Source of the DNA: Tagaea sp.
GTDB lineage: Bacteria > Pseudomonadota > Alphaproteobacteria > CACIAM-22H2
Reading direction: 5' to 3'
DNA: 64,000 bases
Assembly: GCA_965279525.1 (NCBI GenBank)
Contig: CBDIIB010000005.1
Location: 128,001-192,000 of the forward strand
This document shows positions 26,314 to 37,662 of the stretch, piece after piece. A program made the translations under genes and the position numbers. Under the pieces are notes generated by a model, which saw nothing but the letters and a program-made list of their open reading frames with translations, did not search any database and was not told where the DNA came from. Within the stretch, counting starts at the first letter, position 1. Each line of letters begins with the position of its first letter.

Positions 26314-27747
26314 CTAGAACGGCAGGCGGAACAGGAAGCGCACCAGCTTTCGCGTGCGCGGCGAGAACAGCTTGGGCGCGAAGAAGGCGCCGGCCGCGCG
26401 CTTGCCGGCCTCCGACAGCGTGGGATAGGGCGCCACGAAGCCCGCCATCGCCGACAGCTTCAGGCCCTGCGCTACCGCCATGGTCCAGGGTGCGATCAGT
26501 TCGCCCGCATGGGCCCCCACGATGGTGGCACCCTGCACGCGGCCTTTGGCATCGGTCACGATCTTGACGAAGCCCTCGGTCTCGCCGGTCGCCTGCGCGC
26601 GGTCGTTCTCGAAGAACGGCCAGCGCGCAAGCCGCAATTCGATGCCGGCTTTCTGCGCTGCCGCTTCGGTAAGGCCGACCTGCGCCAGCTCCGGGACCGT
26701 ATAGGTGACCCACGGGATCGCCTTGGCATCCGCCTTCGCGCGCATGCGGAAACACAGGTTGCGGATCGCGATGCCCGCGTGCCAGCCCGCCACATGCGTG
26801 AACTGCAGTCCGCCCGCCACGTCGCCCAGCGCCATGACGTTGCGGTTGGTCGTGAAAAGCCGCGCGTCGACGGCAATACCCTTGGGACCGGCCGCGATCC
26901 CCGCAAGCTCCAGCCCGAGCCCGTCGACATTCGCGGCGCGCCCCGCCGCCAGCAGGATGTGCGAGCAGGCGATCTGGGTCTCGGCCCCGGCAGCATCGGC
27001 GACGACTGCGACTGTCGCCACGGCATGGCGCTCGATGCGCAGGACCTTCGCCCCTTCGCGTACATCCACGCCATCGCGGCGCAAAGCGGCGCGCACGATC
27101 GCGACGGCCTCGGGGTCGTCCTTCGGCATCAGCGTTGCGGCCTCGACCAGCGTGACCCGGGTGCCCAGCCGCGCATGCGCCTGCGCGATTTCGCAGCCGA
27201 TCGGCCCGCCGCCGATCACCAGCAGGTGGTCCGGGCGCGCGTCCAGCTCGAACACCGTCTCGTTGGTCAGGTATGGGACCGCGTCCAGCCCCGGGATCGG
27301 CGGCACGAAGGGCCGGCTGCCGGTCGCGACGACGAACTTGCGTGCACGGATCGTGAAGTTCCCGGCCTCGACGGCCGTCGGCGAGACGAAGCGCGCCCGC
27401 GCCTCGATGACGCGCACGCCAAGGCCGGTAAAGCGCGCGACCGAATCGTTGGGTGCGATCGCCGCGATGGTCCGGCGGACATGTTCGCGCACGGCGGCAT
27501 AATCGACGACGGGTGCGCCGGGGACACGCACGCCGAAACGGCCGGCTTCGCGCACCGCGTGCGCCGCCGCGGCCGCCGCGATCAGCGCCTTGGACGGCAC
27601 GCAGCCATAGTTGAGGCAGTCGCCACCCATCTTGTGGCCTTCGCACAGCACGACCTTGAGGCCGAGCTGCGACGCGCCTGCGGCGACCGACAGGCCGGCG
27701 GAGCCCGCCCCGATGACGCACAGGTCGACGTCAAGCTGTTCGCTCAT
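26314..27747 (-). CDS. Flavoprotein disulfide reductase (LPD/MerA-like family)
   Basis: GAGSAG, redox-active 'GGDCLNYGCVPSK', GGGPIG; ATG overlaps the upstream TGA. Confidence 0.9.
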   Translation of the reverse strand: MSEQLDVDLCVIGAGSAGLSVAAGASQLGLKVVLCEGHKMGGDCLNYGCVPSKALIAAAAAAHAVREAGRFGVRVPGAPVVDYAAVREHVRRTIAAIAPNDSVARFTGLGVRVIEARARFVSPTAVEAGNFTIRARKFVVATGSRPFVPPIPGLDAVPYLTNETVFELDARPDHLLVIGGGPIGCEIAQAHARLGTRVTLVEAATLMPKDDPEAVAIVRAALRRDGVDVREGAKVLRIERHAVATVAVVADAAGAETQIACSHILLAAGRAANVDGLGLELAGIAAGPKGIAVDARLFTTNRNVMALGDVAGGLQFTHVAGWHAGIAIRNLCFRMRAKADAKAIPWVTYTVPELAQVGLTEAAAQKAGIELRLARWPFFENDRAQATGETEGFVKIVTDAKGRVQGATIVGAHAGELIAPWTMAVAQGLKLSAMAGFVAPYPTLSEAGKRAAGAFFAPKLFSPRTRKLVRFLFRLPF

Positions 27748-28463
27748 GCCGGCGGCTCCTTCCTGAAACGCGCGACGGCCACCGGCACCAGCGCCAGTGC
27801 CGCAAGGGCCAGCAGCGGCAGCAGCACGGGTGCGGACAGGATGATGCCGAGGTCCGGGCGTTCGCCGCGGTCGAACACGCTGCCAAGGCCGGCCCCGACC
27901 GACGCGAACACGAAGGTGCCCGGCAGGATGCCGAAGAACGTGCCGATCACGTAGACGCGCAGTGAAACGCCGAGAAAGGCGGGAGCGAGATTGACGAGAA
28001 AGAACGGGAACGCCGGCACGAGGCGCAAGACCAGCAGGTACGACAGCGCGTTCTTGCGGAAGCCCGCTTCGAGGCGTGCCAGCGACGGGCCGGCCTTGGC
28101 GCGCAGCGCGTCGCCAAGTGCGGTGCGTGCGGCAAGGAACAGAAGCGTGGCACCGACCGTCGCCCCGACCACGGCAAGCGTACCGCCGACGAACGTGCCG
28201 AACAGGAATCCGCCGGCAAGCGTGGCCACCGCCCCGCCCGGCAGCGAGCCCGCGACGACGACGATGTAGGCGGCGACGTAGAGCAGGGCCGCGAGTAGCC
28301 GGTTCGCTGCCGCCCAGTCGAGCAGCAGCGCCCGGTTCTCGGCCAGCGCCTCGAACGTCACGTATCGCTGGAGGCCGGTCGCGAAGAACAGCACCAGCCC
28401 CAGCCCGATCGCGGCAAGCGGGGCGAAGCGCCAGACGCTGCGGTTGGCCAAGGGCTCGGTCAT
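27744..28463 (-). CDS. TVP38/TMEM64 (DedA superfamily, VTT domain) membrane protein
   Basis: 'SLPGGAVATLAGGFLFG', 'LRLVPAFPFFLVNL', 'GILPGT'. Confidence 0.9.
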   Translation of the reverse strand: MTEPLANRSVWRFAPLAAIGLGLVLFFATGLQRYVTFEALAENRALLLDWAAANRLLAALLYVAAYIVVVAGSLPGGAVATLAGGFLFGTFVGGTLAVVGATVGATLLFLAARTALGDALRAKAGPSLARLEAGFRKNALSYLLVLRLVPAFPFFLVNLAPAFLGVSLRVYVIGTFFGILPGTFVFASVGAGLGSVFDRGERPDLGIILSAPVLLPLLALAALALVPVAVARFRKEPPA

Positions 28464-28572
28464 GGCGGGAATCTCGCTGTTTGCGCCGTTTCGGGCGCCA
28501 GACCGGCAAGGTTACGCGCGCGCGCGGGAAAAACGCAATCAACACGCTGACTTGCAAGGAAAATCGGGTCGA

Positions 28573-28601
28573 TTGACGCAAGGGGACGGGGTCTGTATAA
28601 C
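28573..28601 (+). promoter_or_regulatory. sigma70 promoter of the rpmH operon
   Basis: TTGACG-17 nt-TATAAC upstream of rpmH. Confidence 0.7.
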
Positions 28602-28642
28602 CGCCGCTCGTTTTGCCGGAATTCGGATTTGGAGATCACGTC

Positions 28643-28777
28643 GTGAAGCGCACTTACCAGCCCAGCAAGCTCGTCCGCAAGCGCCGGCACGGCTTCCGCT
28701 CGCGCATGGCGACCGTCGGTGGCCGCAAGGTCCTGCAGCGTCGTCGCGCCAAGGGCCGCAAGCGCCTGTCGGCGTAG
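28643..28777 (+). CDS. rpmH: 50S ribosomal protein L34 (absent from the ORF track)
   Basis: [53 protein letters not shown]. Confidence 0.98.
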   Translation: MKRTYQPSKLVRKRRHGFRSRMATVGGRKVLQRRRAKGRKRLSA

Positions 28778-28842
28778 CGCCACCCCGGCGCCGGCGGCCC
28801 GCATTCGGGTGCCGCGACGAGGGGCGCCGGAAAGGAATCGCA

Positions 28843-29190
28843 ATGCCGATCGCGCTCGAGCGCCTGAAGACGCGGAGCCAGTTCCTCGCGGTCGCGGCCA
28901 CGCGCCGCAAATGGGCGGCCGACGGCCTCGTGCTGCAGGCCCGCCCGCGCGCCGACGGCACCGCGCATGTCGGCATCGGCTTCACCGCCACCAAGAAGGT
29001 CGGCAACTCGGTCGTGCGCAACCGCGCGCGCCGGCGCCTGAAGGAAGCCGCGCGCATCACGCTTTCGCGCACCGGTACGGCCGGATGGGACTATGTCGCC
29101 ATCGCGCGCGCGGCCACGCCCGACATCCCGTTCCTGCGCCTCGTCGCCGATTTCGAGGCGGCCGTTGCCCGGCTGGCGCGCACGCCATGA
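28843..29190 (+). CDS. rnpA: Ribonuclease P protein component
   Basis: 'GFTATKKVGNSVVRNRARRRL' RNR motif; synteny with rpmH. Confidence 0.95.
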   Translation: MPIALERLKTRSQFLAVAATRRKWAADGLVLQARPRADGTAHVGIGFTATKKVGNSVVRNRARRRLKEAARITLSRTGTAGWDYVAIARAATPDIPFLRLVADFEAAVARLARTP

Positions 29191-29426
29191 TGGTACGTCT
29201 CCTCGATGCGGCAATCGTCGCCTACCAATGGACGCTGCGCCCGGTCCTGGGCGCCAACTGCCGCTACATGCCGAGTTGCTCTGAATACGCCCGCGACGCG
29301 CTGCGCGAGCACGGTGCCTTTGCCGGCAGTGCGCTTGCCGCACGCCGCATCTGCCGATGCCACCCGTGGGGCGGCTTCGGATTCGATCCCGTCCCGCCAC
29401 GTTCCGGCGATCTCCCGCGTTTTTGA
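29187..29426 (+). CDS. yidD: Membrane protein insertion efficiency factor
   Basis: 'CRYMPSCSEYA', 'RICRCHPWGG.G.DPVP'. Confidence 0.95.
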   Translation: MMVRLLDAAIVAYQWTLRPVLGANCRYMPSCSEYARDALREHGAFAGSALAARRICRCHPWGGFGFDPVPPRSGDLPRF

Positions 29427-29441
29427 GACATCGAAACAGTC

Positions 29442-31238
29442 ATGCAGAACTTCGACCAGAAGAACCTGATCCTCGCCATCGTCATCGCCATCGCGATGGT
29501 CCTCGGTTTCGAGTTCCTCTACAACCAGCCGCGCGTCGCCCAGCAGCGCGCCGAGGCCGAGCGGCGCGCCGCCAGCGAGCAGGTCGCCGCACCCGCCGGC
29601 ACGACGCTTCCCGCACCGGGTGCCCCCGGCGTATCGGTCGGCGCCCCGCCGGTCCCCGGCAGCACCGCGGCAGGTCTCCTCGCCCAGGCGAACCCCGACC
29701 GCAACGCCGTGCTCGCGCGCGAAGCGCGCGTGACGATCGACACGCCCGTCGCCGCCGGCTCGATCTCGCTCAAGGGTGCGCGGATCGACGACCTGCGCCT
29801 GACCAAGTACCGCGAGACGGTCGAGCGCGATTCGCCTTCCGTCGTCCTGCTGTCGCCGCAGGGTGCTTCGGAGCCCTATTTCGCCGAGTTCGGCTGGGTC
29901 GCGGCCGCCGGCACGCCTTCCCTGCCGACCGCAGATACGGTGTGGACGGCCGACCGCACGACGCTGACGCCGGCCAACCCGGTCACGCTCAGCTGGGACA
30001 ACGGCCGGGGCCTGCGCTTCGAGCGCAAGATCTCGATCGAGGACGACTACTTCTTCCGGATCGACGAGAGCGTGACGAATACCGGCACCGAGCCCGTGGC
30101 GCTGCACGGCTACGCGCTGGCAAGCCGCATGGGCACGCCGGTCCTCGGCGGTTTCTACATCCTGCACGAGGGCCCGATCGGCGTGCTGAAGGACGTGCTG
30201 CAGGAGCCGGCCTATTCCGACCTGCGCGAGAAGCGCGAGATCAAGAGTGCTTCCAGGGGCGGCTGGCTCGGCTTCGTCGACAAGTACTGGCTCGTCGCCG
30301 TCGTGCCCGACCAGACGCGCGAGAACAACGCGCGCTTCATGCATGTGGCCGTCGCCGGCACCGACCGCTACCAGGTCGACTATCTGGGGCCGGCGCAGAC
30401 CGTCGCCCCGGGTACGACCGCCGGGCAGACCACGCGCCTGTTCGCCGGTGCCAAGGAAGTGCGCCTACTCGACGCCTATGCCGAACGCCACGCGATCCCG
30501 CTGTTCGACCGCGCGATCGATTTCGGGTGGTTCTACTTCCTGACCAAGCCGATGTTCCTGGCGCTCGAATGGCTCTATGCGGCGCTGGGAAATTTCGGCC
30601 TCGCCATCATCGCGCTGACGATCGTCATCAAGCTGCTGTTCTTCCCGCTCGCCAACAAGTCGTACAAGGCGATGGCGAAGATGAAGCTGCTGCAGCCCGA
30701 GATGGAGGCGCTGAAGGCCAAGTTCGGCGAGGACCGCCAGCGCATGTCGCAGGAGATGATGCTCCTCTACAAGCGCTCGGGCGCCAATCCGCTGTCGGGC
30801 TGCCTGCCCATCATCATCCAGATCCCGGTGTTCTTCGCGCTCTACAAGGTGCTGTTCGTCACCATCGAGATGCGCCACGCGCCGTTCTACGGCTGGATCC
30901 GCGATCTTTCGGCACAGGATCCGACGACGCTGTTCAACCTGTTCGGCCTGATCCCGTGGACCGTGCCATCGTTCCTGCCCGTGCTCGGCATCTGGCCGAT
31001 CATCATGGGCGTCACGATGTTCCTGCAGCAGAAGCTGAACCCGCAGCCGGTCGACCCGATCCAGGCCAAGATGTTCCTGGCCCTGCCCTTCGTGTTCACG
31101 TTCATGCTGGCCTCGTTCCCGGCGGGTCTCGTCATCTACTGGGCGGTCAACAACACGCTGTCGATCCTGCAGCAGTGGGTCATCATGAAGCAGATGGGCC
31201 AGGCCAAGCCCCCGCCGCCGGCCAAGGCCAAGGCGTGA
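29442..31238 (+). CDS. yidC: Membrane protein insertase YidC
   Basis: 'IDFGWF', 'GNFGLAII', 'NPLSGCLP', 'WIRDLS..DP', 'FPAGLVIYW..NN'. Confidence 0.97.
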   Translation: MQNFDQKNLILAIVIAIAMVLGFEFLYNQPRVAQQRAEAERRAASEQVAAPAGTTLPAPGAPGVSVGAPPVPGSTAAGLLAQANPDRNAVLAREARVTIDTPVAAGSISLKGARIDDLRLTKYRETVERDSPSVVLLSPQGASEPYFAEFGWVAAAGTPSLPTADTVWTADRTTLTPANPVTLSWDNGRGLRFERKISIEDDYFFRIDESVTNTGTEPVALHGYALASRMGTPVLGGFYILHEGPIGVLKDVLQEPAYSDLREKREIKSASRGGWLGFVDKYWLVAVVPDQTRENNARFMHVAVAGTDRYQVDYLGPAQTVAPGTTAGQTTRLFAGAKEVRLLDAYAERHAIPLFDRAIDFGWFYFLTKPMFLALEWLYAALGNFGLAIIALTIVIKLLFFPLANKSYKAMAKMKLLQPEMEALKAKFGEDRQRMSQEMMLLYKRSGANPLSGCLPIIIQIPVFFALYKVLFVTIEMRHAPFYGWIRDLSAQDPTTLFNLFGLIPWTVPSFLPVLGIWPIIMGVTMFLQQKLNPQPVDPIQAKMFLALPFVFTFMLASFPAGLVIYWAVNNTLSILQQWVIMKQMGQAKPPPPAKAKA

Positions 31239-31882
31239 GCGAAGCGCCCGCCTATACGCCCGAAGCGGTCGAGGCGGCGCGCAAACTGTTCGTGGGCCCC
31301 TGCGAATTCGTCGCGGGTGCGGCGAACCTCGACGCGATCCCGAAAGCCGACATGCCGGAAGTGGCGATGGCCGGCCGCTCGAACGTCGGCAAGTCGAGCC
31401 TGATCAACGCGCTGGTCGGGCGCGGGCGCACCGCGCGCGTGTCGCGCCATCCCGGCCGCACGCAGCAGATCAACTTCTTCGCGCTCTCGTGGCGCATGGC
31501 GCTGGTCGACATGCCGGGCTACGGCTACGCGGCCGTGTCCAAGCAGACCAAGGCGACGTGGAGCGACCTCATCGTCGGCTACCTCAAGGGCCGCCCGACG
31601 CTGCGCCGGGCAATGGTCCTGGTCGATTCGCGCCACGGCATCAAGGACAGCGACCGTGCGCTCTTCAAGCTGCTCGACGAGGCGGCCGTCGGCTACCAGC
31701 TGGTGCTGACAAAATGCGACGCGCTGGGCGCCTCGGGCCTCAAGGCGCGCATCGCCGAAGTCGGCGCCGAGATCTCGGGCCACGTCGCCGCACACCCCGT
31801 CGTCATGGCGACGTCGGCGGAAAAGGATACCGGGATCGCCGAACTGCGCGCCGAACTGGCGACCCTCGCGCGCCCGGCCTGA
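31235..31882 (+). CDS. engB: Ribosome biogenesis GTPase EngB/YihA/YsxC
   Basis: 'GRSNVGKSSLIN', 'PGRT', 'DMPGYG', 'TKCD'; GTG overlaps the yidC stop. Confidence 0.95.
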   Translation: MSEAPAYTPEAVEAARKLFVGPCEFVAGAANLDAIPKADMPEVAMAGRSNVGKSSLINALVGRGRTARVSRHPGRTQQINFFALSWRMALVDMPGYGYAAVSKQTKATWSDLIVGYLKGRPTLRRAMVLVDSRHGIKDSDRALFKLLDEAAVGYQLVLTKCDALGASGLKARIAEVGAEISGHVAAHPVVMATSAEKDTGIAELRAELATLARPA

Positions 31883-31939
31883 AACCGGTATAAACGCCGA
31901 CCTTCCGAATCCAGCCGGCCGACACCAGCGGAATCGCCC

Positions 31940-32830
31940 ATGACCCCGACCGACGATCCCCAGACCATCGCCCGCATCCTGTCGCAGGCCCTGCCCTACA
32001 TGCGCGAGTACAACGGCGAGTACATCGTCGTGAAGTACGGCGGCCATGCGATGGGCGACGAGCGTCTGGCGGCGGAGTTCGCGCGCGATATCGTGCTGCT
32101 GAAGCAGGTCGGCATGAATCCGATCGTCGTCCACGGCGGCGGCCCGCAGATCGGCGCGATGCTCGAGCGCCTCAAGGTCAAGAGCGAGTTCATCGACGGC
32201 CTGCGCGTGACCGACGCCGCGACGGTCGAAGTCGTGGAGATGGTGCTTTCCGGCACCATCAACAAGCAGATCGTCACGTCGATCAACCAGGCCGGCGGCA
32301 AGGCCGTCGGCCTCTCGGGCAAGGACGCCAACTTCCTGACCGCGCGCAAGGTGACGCGCACGAAGAAGGATCCCGATTCGAACATCGAGCGCGTGCTCGA
32401 TCTGGGATTCGTCGGCGAGCCCGAGCACATCGATCCCTCGCTGCTCGACAATTTCGAGAAGTCCGACATCATCCCGGTGATCGCCCCCATCGGCGTCGGC
32501 CGGGACGGTGCCACCTACAACATCAATGCCGATACGGTCGCAGGCGCCGTCGCCGCGGCGATGAAGGCCTCGCGGCTGCTGCTGCTGACCGACGTCCGGG
32601 GCGTTCTCGACAAGAACAAGAACCTGCTGCCCGACCTCACGGCCGCCCAGGTGCGCGCACTGATCGCGGACGGAACGATTTCGGGCGGAATGATCCCGAA
32701 GGTCGAGACGTGCCTGCTCGCGGTCGACGGCGGTGTGGAAGGTGCCATCATCCTCGACGGCCGGGTGCCGCACGCCACGCTGCTCGAGATCTTCACCGAC
32801 ACGGGCGTCGGCACGATGATCAAGGGCTAG
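31940..32830 (+). CDS. argB: Acetylglutamate kinase
   Basis: 'VKYGGHAM', 'VHGGGPQI', 'GLRVTD', 'NINADT', 'GGMIPKV'. Confidence 0.97.
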   Translation: MTPTDDPQTIARILSQALPYMREYNGEYIVVKYGGHAMGDERLAAEFARDIVLLKQVGMNPIVVHGGGPQIGAMLERLKVKSEFIDGLRVTDAATVEVVEMVLSGTINKQIVTSINQAGGKAVGLSGKDANFLTARKVTRTKKDPDSNIERVLDLGFVGEPEHIDPSLLDNFEKSDIIPVIAPIGVGRDGATYNINADTVAGAVAAAMKASRLLLLTDVRGVLDKNKNLLPDLTAAQVRALIADGTISGGMIPKVETCLLAVDGGVEGAIILDGRVPHATLLEIFTDTGVGTMIKG

Positions 32831-33618
32831 CGCCGCGACGCGCTGAGGATTGCCCCGCGCGCGACCAGCGTGTCGGGTTCGACCGCCACGCGCAGTTCGC
32901 AGGCCCGCCACAATTCGCCGAGCGATCCGGCCTCGGCCGCGGCACGGGCCGCCTCGACATAGCCCCGATAGCGCAGCGTCCCGCCGCCCAGCGTCAGGCG
33001 CACGGGATTGAACAGGTTCACGAGCGTGGCAAGCCCGCGCCCGAGCGCCGCACCCGCATCGGCCACCAGCCGTTCCGCCCCGGCATCGCCGGACGCGAGC
33101 CGGCGGTGAAGTTCCGCCGGCGTGCCGCCGGACGCGCGCAGCAGGGCCGCACCCGACGCGAGCTGGTCGAGCGTGCGCCCGTCCGGCGCCGCCGGGATCG
33201 AGCCGAGCTCGCCGGCATGGCCGCCGGCTCCTTCGAGCTTGCGGCCGTCGACCAGAAACGAAGCGCCGATGCCCGTGCCGACCATCACGACCCCGGCGGT
33301 CGCACCCGCCGGAAGATCCGCGGAATCGGCAACGAGTGCGGCGCTCGCGTCGTTGATGACCACACCGGGAAGCCCGAGGGCGGCAAGCGGCCGCCAGCCG
33401 CCGATCAGCGGCAGCACATCCGAAAGCACGACCGTGTCGCCCGCCACGAGCCCCGGGATCGCGATGCCCAGTGCAGCCGTGCCGGCCGGCAGGCAGCCGG
33501 CGATGTGCCGTTCGAGTTCGGCCGGCGTAGCCGCCGGCCCCGTCGGCACGTCGAGCACGATCCGGCCGTCGACGACAACGCGAAGCTTCGTTCCGCCGAG
33601 ATCGGCGCCGGCGATCAC
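32827..33618 (-). CDS. ROK family sugar kinase-like protein
   Basis: 'ADLGGTK', 'GIAIPGLV', 'NDASAA', 'GTGIG', 'AGELG'; GTG 33618 overlaps the upstream TGA. Confidence 0.85.
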   Translation of the reverse strand: MIAGADLGGTKLRVVVDGRIVLDVPTGPAATPAELERHIAGCLPAGTAALGIAIPGLVAGDTVVLSDVLPLIGGWRPLAALGLPGVVINDASAALVADSADLPAGATAGVVMVGTGIGASFLVDGRKLEGAGGHAGELGSIPAAPDGRTLDQLASGAALLRASGGTPAELHRRLASGDAGAERLVADAGAALGRGLATLVNLFNPVRLTLGGGTLRYRGYVEAARAAAEAGSLGELWRACELRVAVEPDTLVARGAILSASRR

Positions 33619-34895
33619 GCCCCGAAGAAATCCAGCTGCCACTTGAGTTCTTCTTCGGTCAGCGGCCAGCCTTCCCACTTGGTGCCGGTCAGCACGCTCT
33701 TGGGCGGCAGAGACAGCGTCTTCTGCTGGATGGCGATCGCGGTCGGCAGCTTGAGCTTGGCCTTCCAGACCGCCGCGATGATGCCCTTGGCCGAGCGCGA
33801 CGTCAGGATCTTGTCGATCGCTTCGGCGCGCGTCCCGCCCAGTTCGGCGAGTGCCAGCTTCACGAACAGCTTCTCGCCGTTCTGTGCCGCCGCCGTCACG
33901 GCGGCATCGTCGAGCTTCTTCTCGCGCTTGAGCCGCTTGACCTTGTCGCCGACCGTCTCGCCGTCACCGTTGCCCCCCGGGCCGTTGGCCCAGTTGGGAT
34001 CGGCAACGGCGCGCTTCTTGGTGTCAGCGCCGCCGGCGGCCTCGGCGATGCGCTTGCGCACTTCGGCCGTCACGGCATCCTTGGTCGCGGCATCCAGATC
34101 GGGGCGAGCGGCCAGGCGCTGGGAAAGCGCGTCGGCCACGAAGGCCGCGATCTTGATTGCCGCACTGTTGGGCAGACGCGGCCGGTCGACGAGACCGCCA
34201 TGCCATTGCGTGCGCGAGGGCGCGCGGTCGACGATCAGGTCCAGCGTCTCCTCGCGGATCTGCGCCGACGCGTTGCCCAGCAGCGTCGTGACGGCATCGA
34301 TGTCGTCGACCGCGACGATGGCATCCGAGATCGTCTCGGTGACCTGGCTGCGGCGTGCAACGGCCGAGAGGGCGCCCTCGGGGTGCTTGCCGCGGATGAT
34401 CTCGAGCAGGTCTTCGTCGGTGAGCAGCGGCGAGAACTGCAGGACGGGGCTGGCGACCGCAAGTTCGGTATCGCGCGCAAGCTGGCGGATCAGGTCGGCC
34501 GGAGCGTCGGGAACGTCCTTCAGCGTCTCGGCGACGACGGCACGGATGCGCGTCGCGGTATCCTTGGCGAGCACCTCGAGCGTCTGCATGACGCGCGTGC
34601 GCGCGGCATCCTGCTCGCCGGGCTTCAGGTCGGGCAGAAGCTGCTGGACCTTGCCGGCAAGCCCGGCGCGCACTTCCTCGCTCTGGTCGCGCGCGAGCTT
34701 GAGGTTGGCGTGGAACGGCGAAGCGGCATTCGCCGCCACCGCCTCGCGCACCGTCGGGTCGATGTCCTCGGTGAGGTAATAGAGGATCTCCGGGCGCACG
34801 TCGGTGCGCCGTGCGAGATTCGTGCGCACGTAGACGTCGGGATCCTGCAGCAGGCGCTTGGCGGATTCGTATTCTTCTTCGGTCTGTGGCGTCAT
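33615..34895 (-). CDS. DUF2336 domain protein (HEAT-like repeats)
   Basis: 'LARD....VR..LA', '[21 protein letters not shown]', '[15 protein letters not shown]'. Confidence 0.85.
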   Translation of the reverse strand: MTPQTEEEYESAKRLLQDPDVYVRTNLARRTDVRPEILYYLTEDIDPTVREAVAANAASPFHANLKLARDQSEEVRAGLAGKVQQLLPDLKPGEQDAARTRVMQTLEVLAKDTATRIRAVVAETLKDVPDAPADLIRQLARDTELAVASPVLQFSPLLTDEDLLEIIRGKHPEGALSAVARRSQVTETISDAIVAVDDIDAVTTLLGNASAQIREETLDLIVDRAPSRTQWHGGLVDRPRLPNSAAIKIAAFVADALSQRLAARPDLDAATKDAVTAEVRKRIAEAAGGADTKKRAVADPNWANGPGGNGDGETVGDKVKRLKREKKLDDAAVTAAAQNGEKLFVKLALAELGGTRAEAIDKILTSRSAKGIIAAVWKAKLKLPTAIAIQQKTLSLPPKSVLTGTKWEGWPLTEEELKWQLDFFGA

Positions 34896-34912
34896 GGCCC
34901 TGTCGTTCGGCT

Positions 34913-36634
34913 TCAGGTCGGAGATGCTTTGGGCGCGGGCGCCAGGGCGTAGTTGCCCTTGCCGCGCCGTTTGACTTCGTACATCGACTCGTCGCCGCGC
35001 TGCAGCAGCTCGTCGACGGTTTCCGGGCGCCTGGGATCGTGGACCGCCACGCCCACCGAAAAGCCGAGCGGCTTTTCCGGGCTTGCCGAGACGGGGACGA
35101 GGTCGCTGCGCAGTTCGAGGATGTGCCTGGCCTTGGCGACCGCACCTTCCTCGTCGGTCATGTCGAGCCAGAGGGCGAATTCGTCGCCGCCCAGCCGCGC
35201 GACCAGATCGTTGGCGCGCGTGGCCTTGCGCAGCGTGCGCGCCACGGCCTTCAGCGCCGTGTCGCCCGCCTGGTGGCCGAGGATGTCGTTGACGGCCTTG
35301 AAGTTGTCGAGATCGACATAGACGAGCGAACCCGGCGTGCCCGAGCGGCGCGAACCGGCAAGCCTTGCCCCCAGTTCGGAAACGAAGCGCCGGCGGTTGA
35401 GAAGGCCGGTCAGCGCGTCGGTCGAGGCCTGCCGGTCGAGCGCTTCGAGAACGTCGAGCTGGGCATGCGCGATGCCGAGCTGGGCGGCCACTTCCGTCAG
35501 CACGGCGCGCTCGCCGTCGGTCCACGCGTCGCCGTCCGAAGCACGGAACAGCGCCACGAGCCCGTTGATCTTGTGGCGGAACGCCGTCGGGATCACGAGT
35601 GCACGGCCGTCGGCACTGGTCAGCTCGACAAGCGCATCCGCACCTTCGGCCTGCGGCCGGTCGAGGCGCAGCTTGGCCTCGAAGCGCCGCTCGATGTCGA
35701 GGCCCGCCGGAATCGGCCCGCCATGCGTCGCACCAGCCTCGAAATCGGGCCGGCCGTCGGCATCGTCGATCACGCGCCAGATGGCGCAGCCCGCCCCCAG
35801 CGCGTTCGCCGTCTCGCTCGCCGCGGCGCGCAGCATGGCGGCGGCTTCCATCTCGTCGCGCACCGCGCGCACGATATGCGCGATCAGGCGTTCGCGGTTG
35901 CGCGCTTCGGCAAGTTCCGCCTCGCGCTCGCGCGTCTCGGTCACGTCGCGGGCAAGGCCGCGCGCCCCCTTCCAGTTGCCGTCGGCGGCGAACAGCGGCA
36001 CGGCCGAGATCTGCACGCACGCGTCGTTGCCGTCGGCGCGACGGACCCACTGCTCGGTCTGCTCGATGGGCTTGCGCGTCAAGAACGGATCGGCGACCGA
36101 AAGATCGTCGGGATCGATCGCGAACACGTCGGGCCGGCGACCCAGCAGGTCGTCGGCGCGCCAGCCAAGTGCTCCCTGCGGCGAGACGAACGCGAAATTG
36201 CCGGCGGCGTCGGTCTCCCACGCGAAGTCGCTCGAGACCTCGACGATGTCCTTGTAGCGCCGGCGCGAGTCCGCCAGCGCGTTGCGCATGTTGGCGGCAA
36301 GGCTGACGTCGCGCGCCAGGATCAGCACGCTTTCGCCGGCCGGCACCAGGCCCACGTCGAGCGTGACGGGGGCGGCGCTGCCGGGGACCACGACCGTGTC
36401 GAGACGGGCCGATCCGCCGTGCAGAATGTCCGCCGCGACGGCGGCGAGGTTGCCGGTGCGCGCTTCGAACTCGCCCAGCATCGCGCGCGCGGCGGAATTG
36501 GCGCTCAGCACCGTCCCGTCGGTCGCGAGGCGCGCAGCAGGGCCCGGCCAGTCGGCGACCAGACGGTCGAATCCGTCGGCCGAGTCCGGCAACGGGCGAA
36601 GGTGCCGCTTGGCGTCTTTTGGGGTCGCGGTCAG
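34913..36634 (-). CDS. PAS/GAF sensor diguanylate cyclase
   Basis: PAS '[14 protein letters not shown]', '[10 protein letters not shown]', '[14 protein letters not shown]', RxxD I-site (RAND) and GGDEF; start uncertain (36634 CTG or 36592 TTG). Confidence 0.88.
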   Translation of the reverse strand: MTATPKDAKRHLRPLPDSADGFDRLVADWPGPAARLATDGTVLSANSAARAMLGEFEARTGNLAAVAADILHGGSARLDTVVVPGSAAPVTLDVGLVPAGESVLILARDVSLAANMRNALADSRRRYKDIVEVSSDFAWETDAAGNFAFVSPQGALGWRADDLLGRRPDVFAIDPDDLSVADPFLTRKPIEQTEQWVRRADGNDACVQISAVPLFAADGNWKGARGLARDVTETREREAELAEARNRERLIAHIVRAVRDEMEAAAMLRAAASETANALGAGCAIWRVIDDADGRPDFEAGATHGGPIPAGLDIERRFEAKLRLDRPQAEGADALVELTSADGRALVIPTAFRHKINGLVALFRASDGDAWTDGERAVLTEVAAQLGIAHAQLDVLEALDRQASTDALTGLLNRRRFVSELGARLAGSRRSGTPGSLVYVDLDNFKAVNDILGHQAGDTALKAVARTLRKATRANDLVARLGGDEFALWLDMTDEEGAVAKARHILELRSDLVPVSASPEKPLGFSVGVAVHDPRRPETVDELLQRGDESMYEVKRRGKGNYALAPAPKASPT

Positions 36635-36808
36635 GGGTTCCGGCCTTTCATCGAAGGGCGGGAGGATAGCCCGGCGCGGCGAGCGCTGCCAAGGCGTGCT
36701 GACACCCGACCGGACGCGAATAAGGCGAGATTGACAGCGGCACCCGCACGGCCCATTTTCCGGTCCCGCCCGACCTTTTCCCCCACCCGAAATCACCGGA
36801 AACCGACG

Positions 36809-37657
36809 ATGAGCCTTGCCAATTTGCAAACGACGATCGACCGGGCCTGGGAAGGCCGCGCCGAACTCGGCCTCACGACGAAGGGCGAGGTCCGCGAGGC
36901 GGTCGACGCGGCACTTGCCGCACTCGATGCCGGCGAGGCGCGCGTGGCCGAACGCAAGGACGGCAAGTGGATCGTCAACCAGTGGCTCAAGAAGGCGGTC
37001 CTGCTGTCGTTCCGCCTCAACGACAACATGCTGATTTCCGATGCGCCCGGCGGCGCTTCGTGGTGGGACAAGGTGCCCTCGAAGTTCGTCGGCTGGACGG
37101 CCGAGCGCTATCGCAAGGCCGGCTTCCGCGCCGTGCCCGGTGCGGTCGTGCGCCACTCGGCCTTCATCGCGTCCAACGCGATCCTGATGCCGTCGTTCGT
37201 CAATGTCGGCGCCTATGTCGACAGCGGCACGATGGTCGACACGTGGGTGACCGTCGGCTCCTGCGCGCAAATCGGGAAGAACTGCCACCTTTCGGGCGGT
37301 GTGGGCATCGGCGGCGTGCTCGAGCCGCTGCAGGCCGAGCCCGTGATCATCGAGGACAACTGCTTCATCGGCGCCCGTTCCGAAGTGGTCGAGGGCGTGA
37401 TCGTCGAGGAAGGCTCGGTCCTGTCGATGGGCGTGTTCATCGGCCAGTCGACCAAGATCGTCGACCGCAACACCGGCGAGATCCACATGGGCCGCGTGCC
37501 CGCCTATTCGGTCGTCGTGCCCGGCAACCTGCCCGGCAAGCCGATTCCCGGCGGCAACGGCGAGCCCGGCCCGTCGACCTACTGCGCCGTCATCATCAAG
37601 CGCGTGGACGAGAAGACGCGCTCGAAGACGTCGATCAACGACCTGCTCCGGGCCTGA
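36809..37657 (+). CDS. dapD: Tetrahydrodipicolinate N-succinyltransferase
   Basis: '[16 protein letters not shown]', 'DKVPSKF', hexapeptide repeats, 'KTSINDLLR'. Confidence 0.97.
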   Translation: MSLANLQTTIDRAWEGRAELGLTTKGEVREAVDAALAALDAGEARVAERKDGKWIVNQWLKKAVLLSFRLNDNMLISDAPGGASWWDKVPSKFVGWTAERYRKAGFRAVPGAVVRHSAFIASNAILMPSFVNVGAYVDSGTMVDTWVTVGSCAQIGKNCHLSGGVGIGGVLEPLQAEPVIIEDNCFIGARSEVVEGVIVEEGSVLSMGVFIGQSTKIVDRNTGEIHMGRVPAYSVVVPGNLPGKPIPGGNGEPGPSTYCAVIIKRVDEKTRSKTSINDLLRA

Positions 37658-37662
37658 CGCGC

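Noticed and set aside
26314-28581. Apparent 755-aa fusion ORF, likewise 48197..51469, 29357..31882, 33615..36221, 34811..37657 and 61247..63949
   Set aside because: The N-terminal extensions are out-of-frame read-through across upstream genes; real starts lie at or near the upstream stops.
28500-28640. oriC next to rpmH as in many bacteria
   Set aside because: No dnaA gene or DnaA-box cluster; the upstream gene is TVP38.
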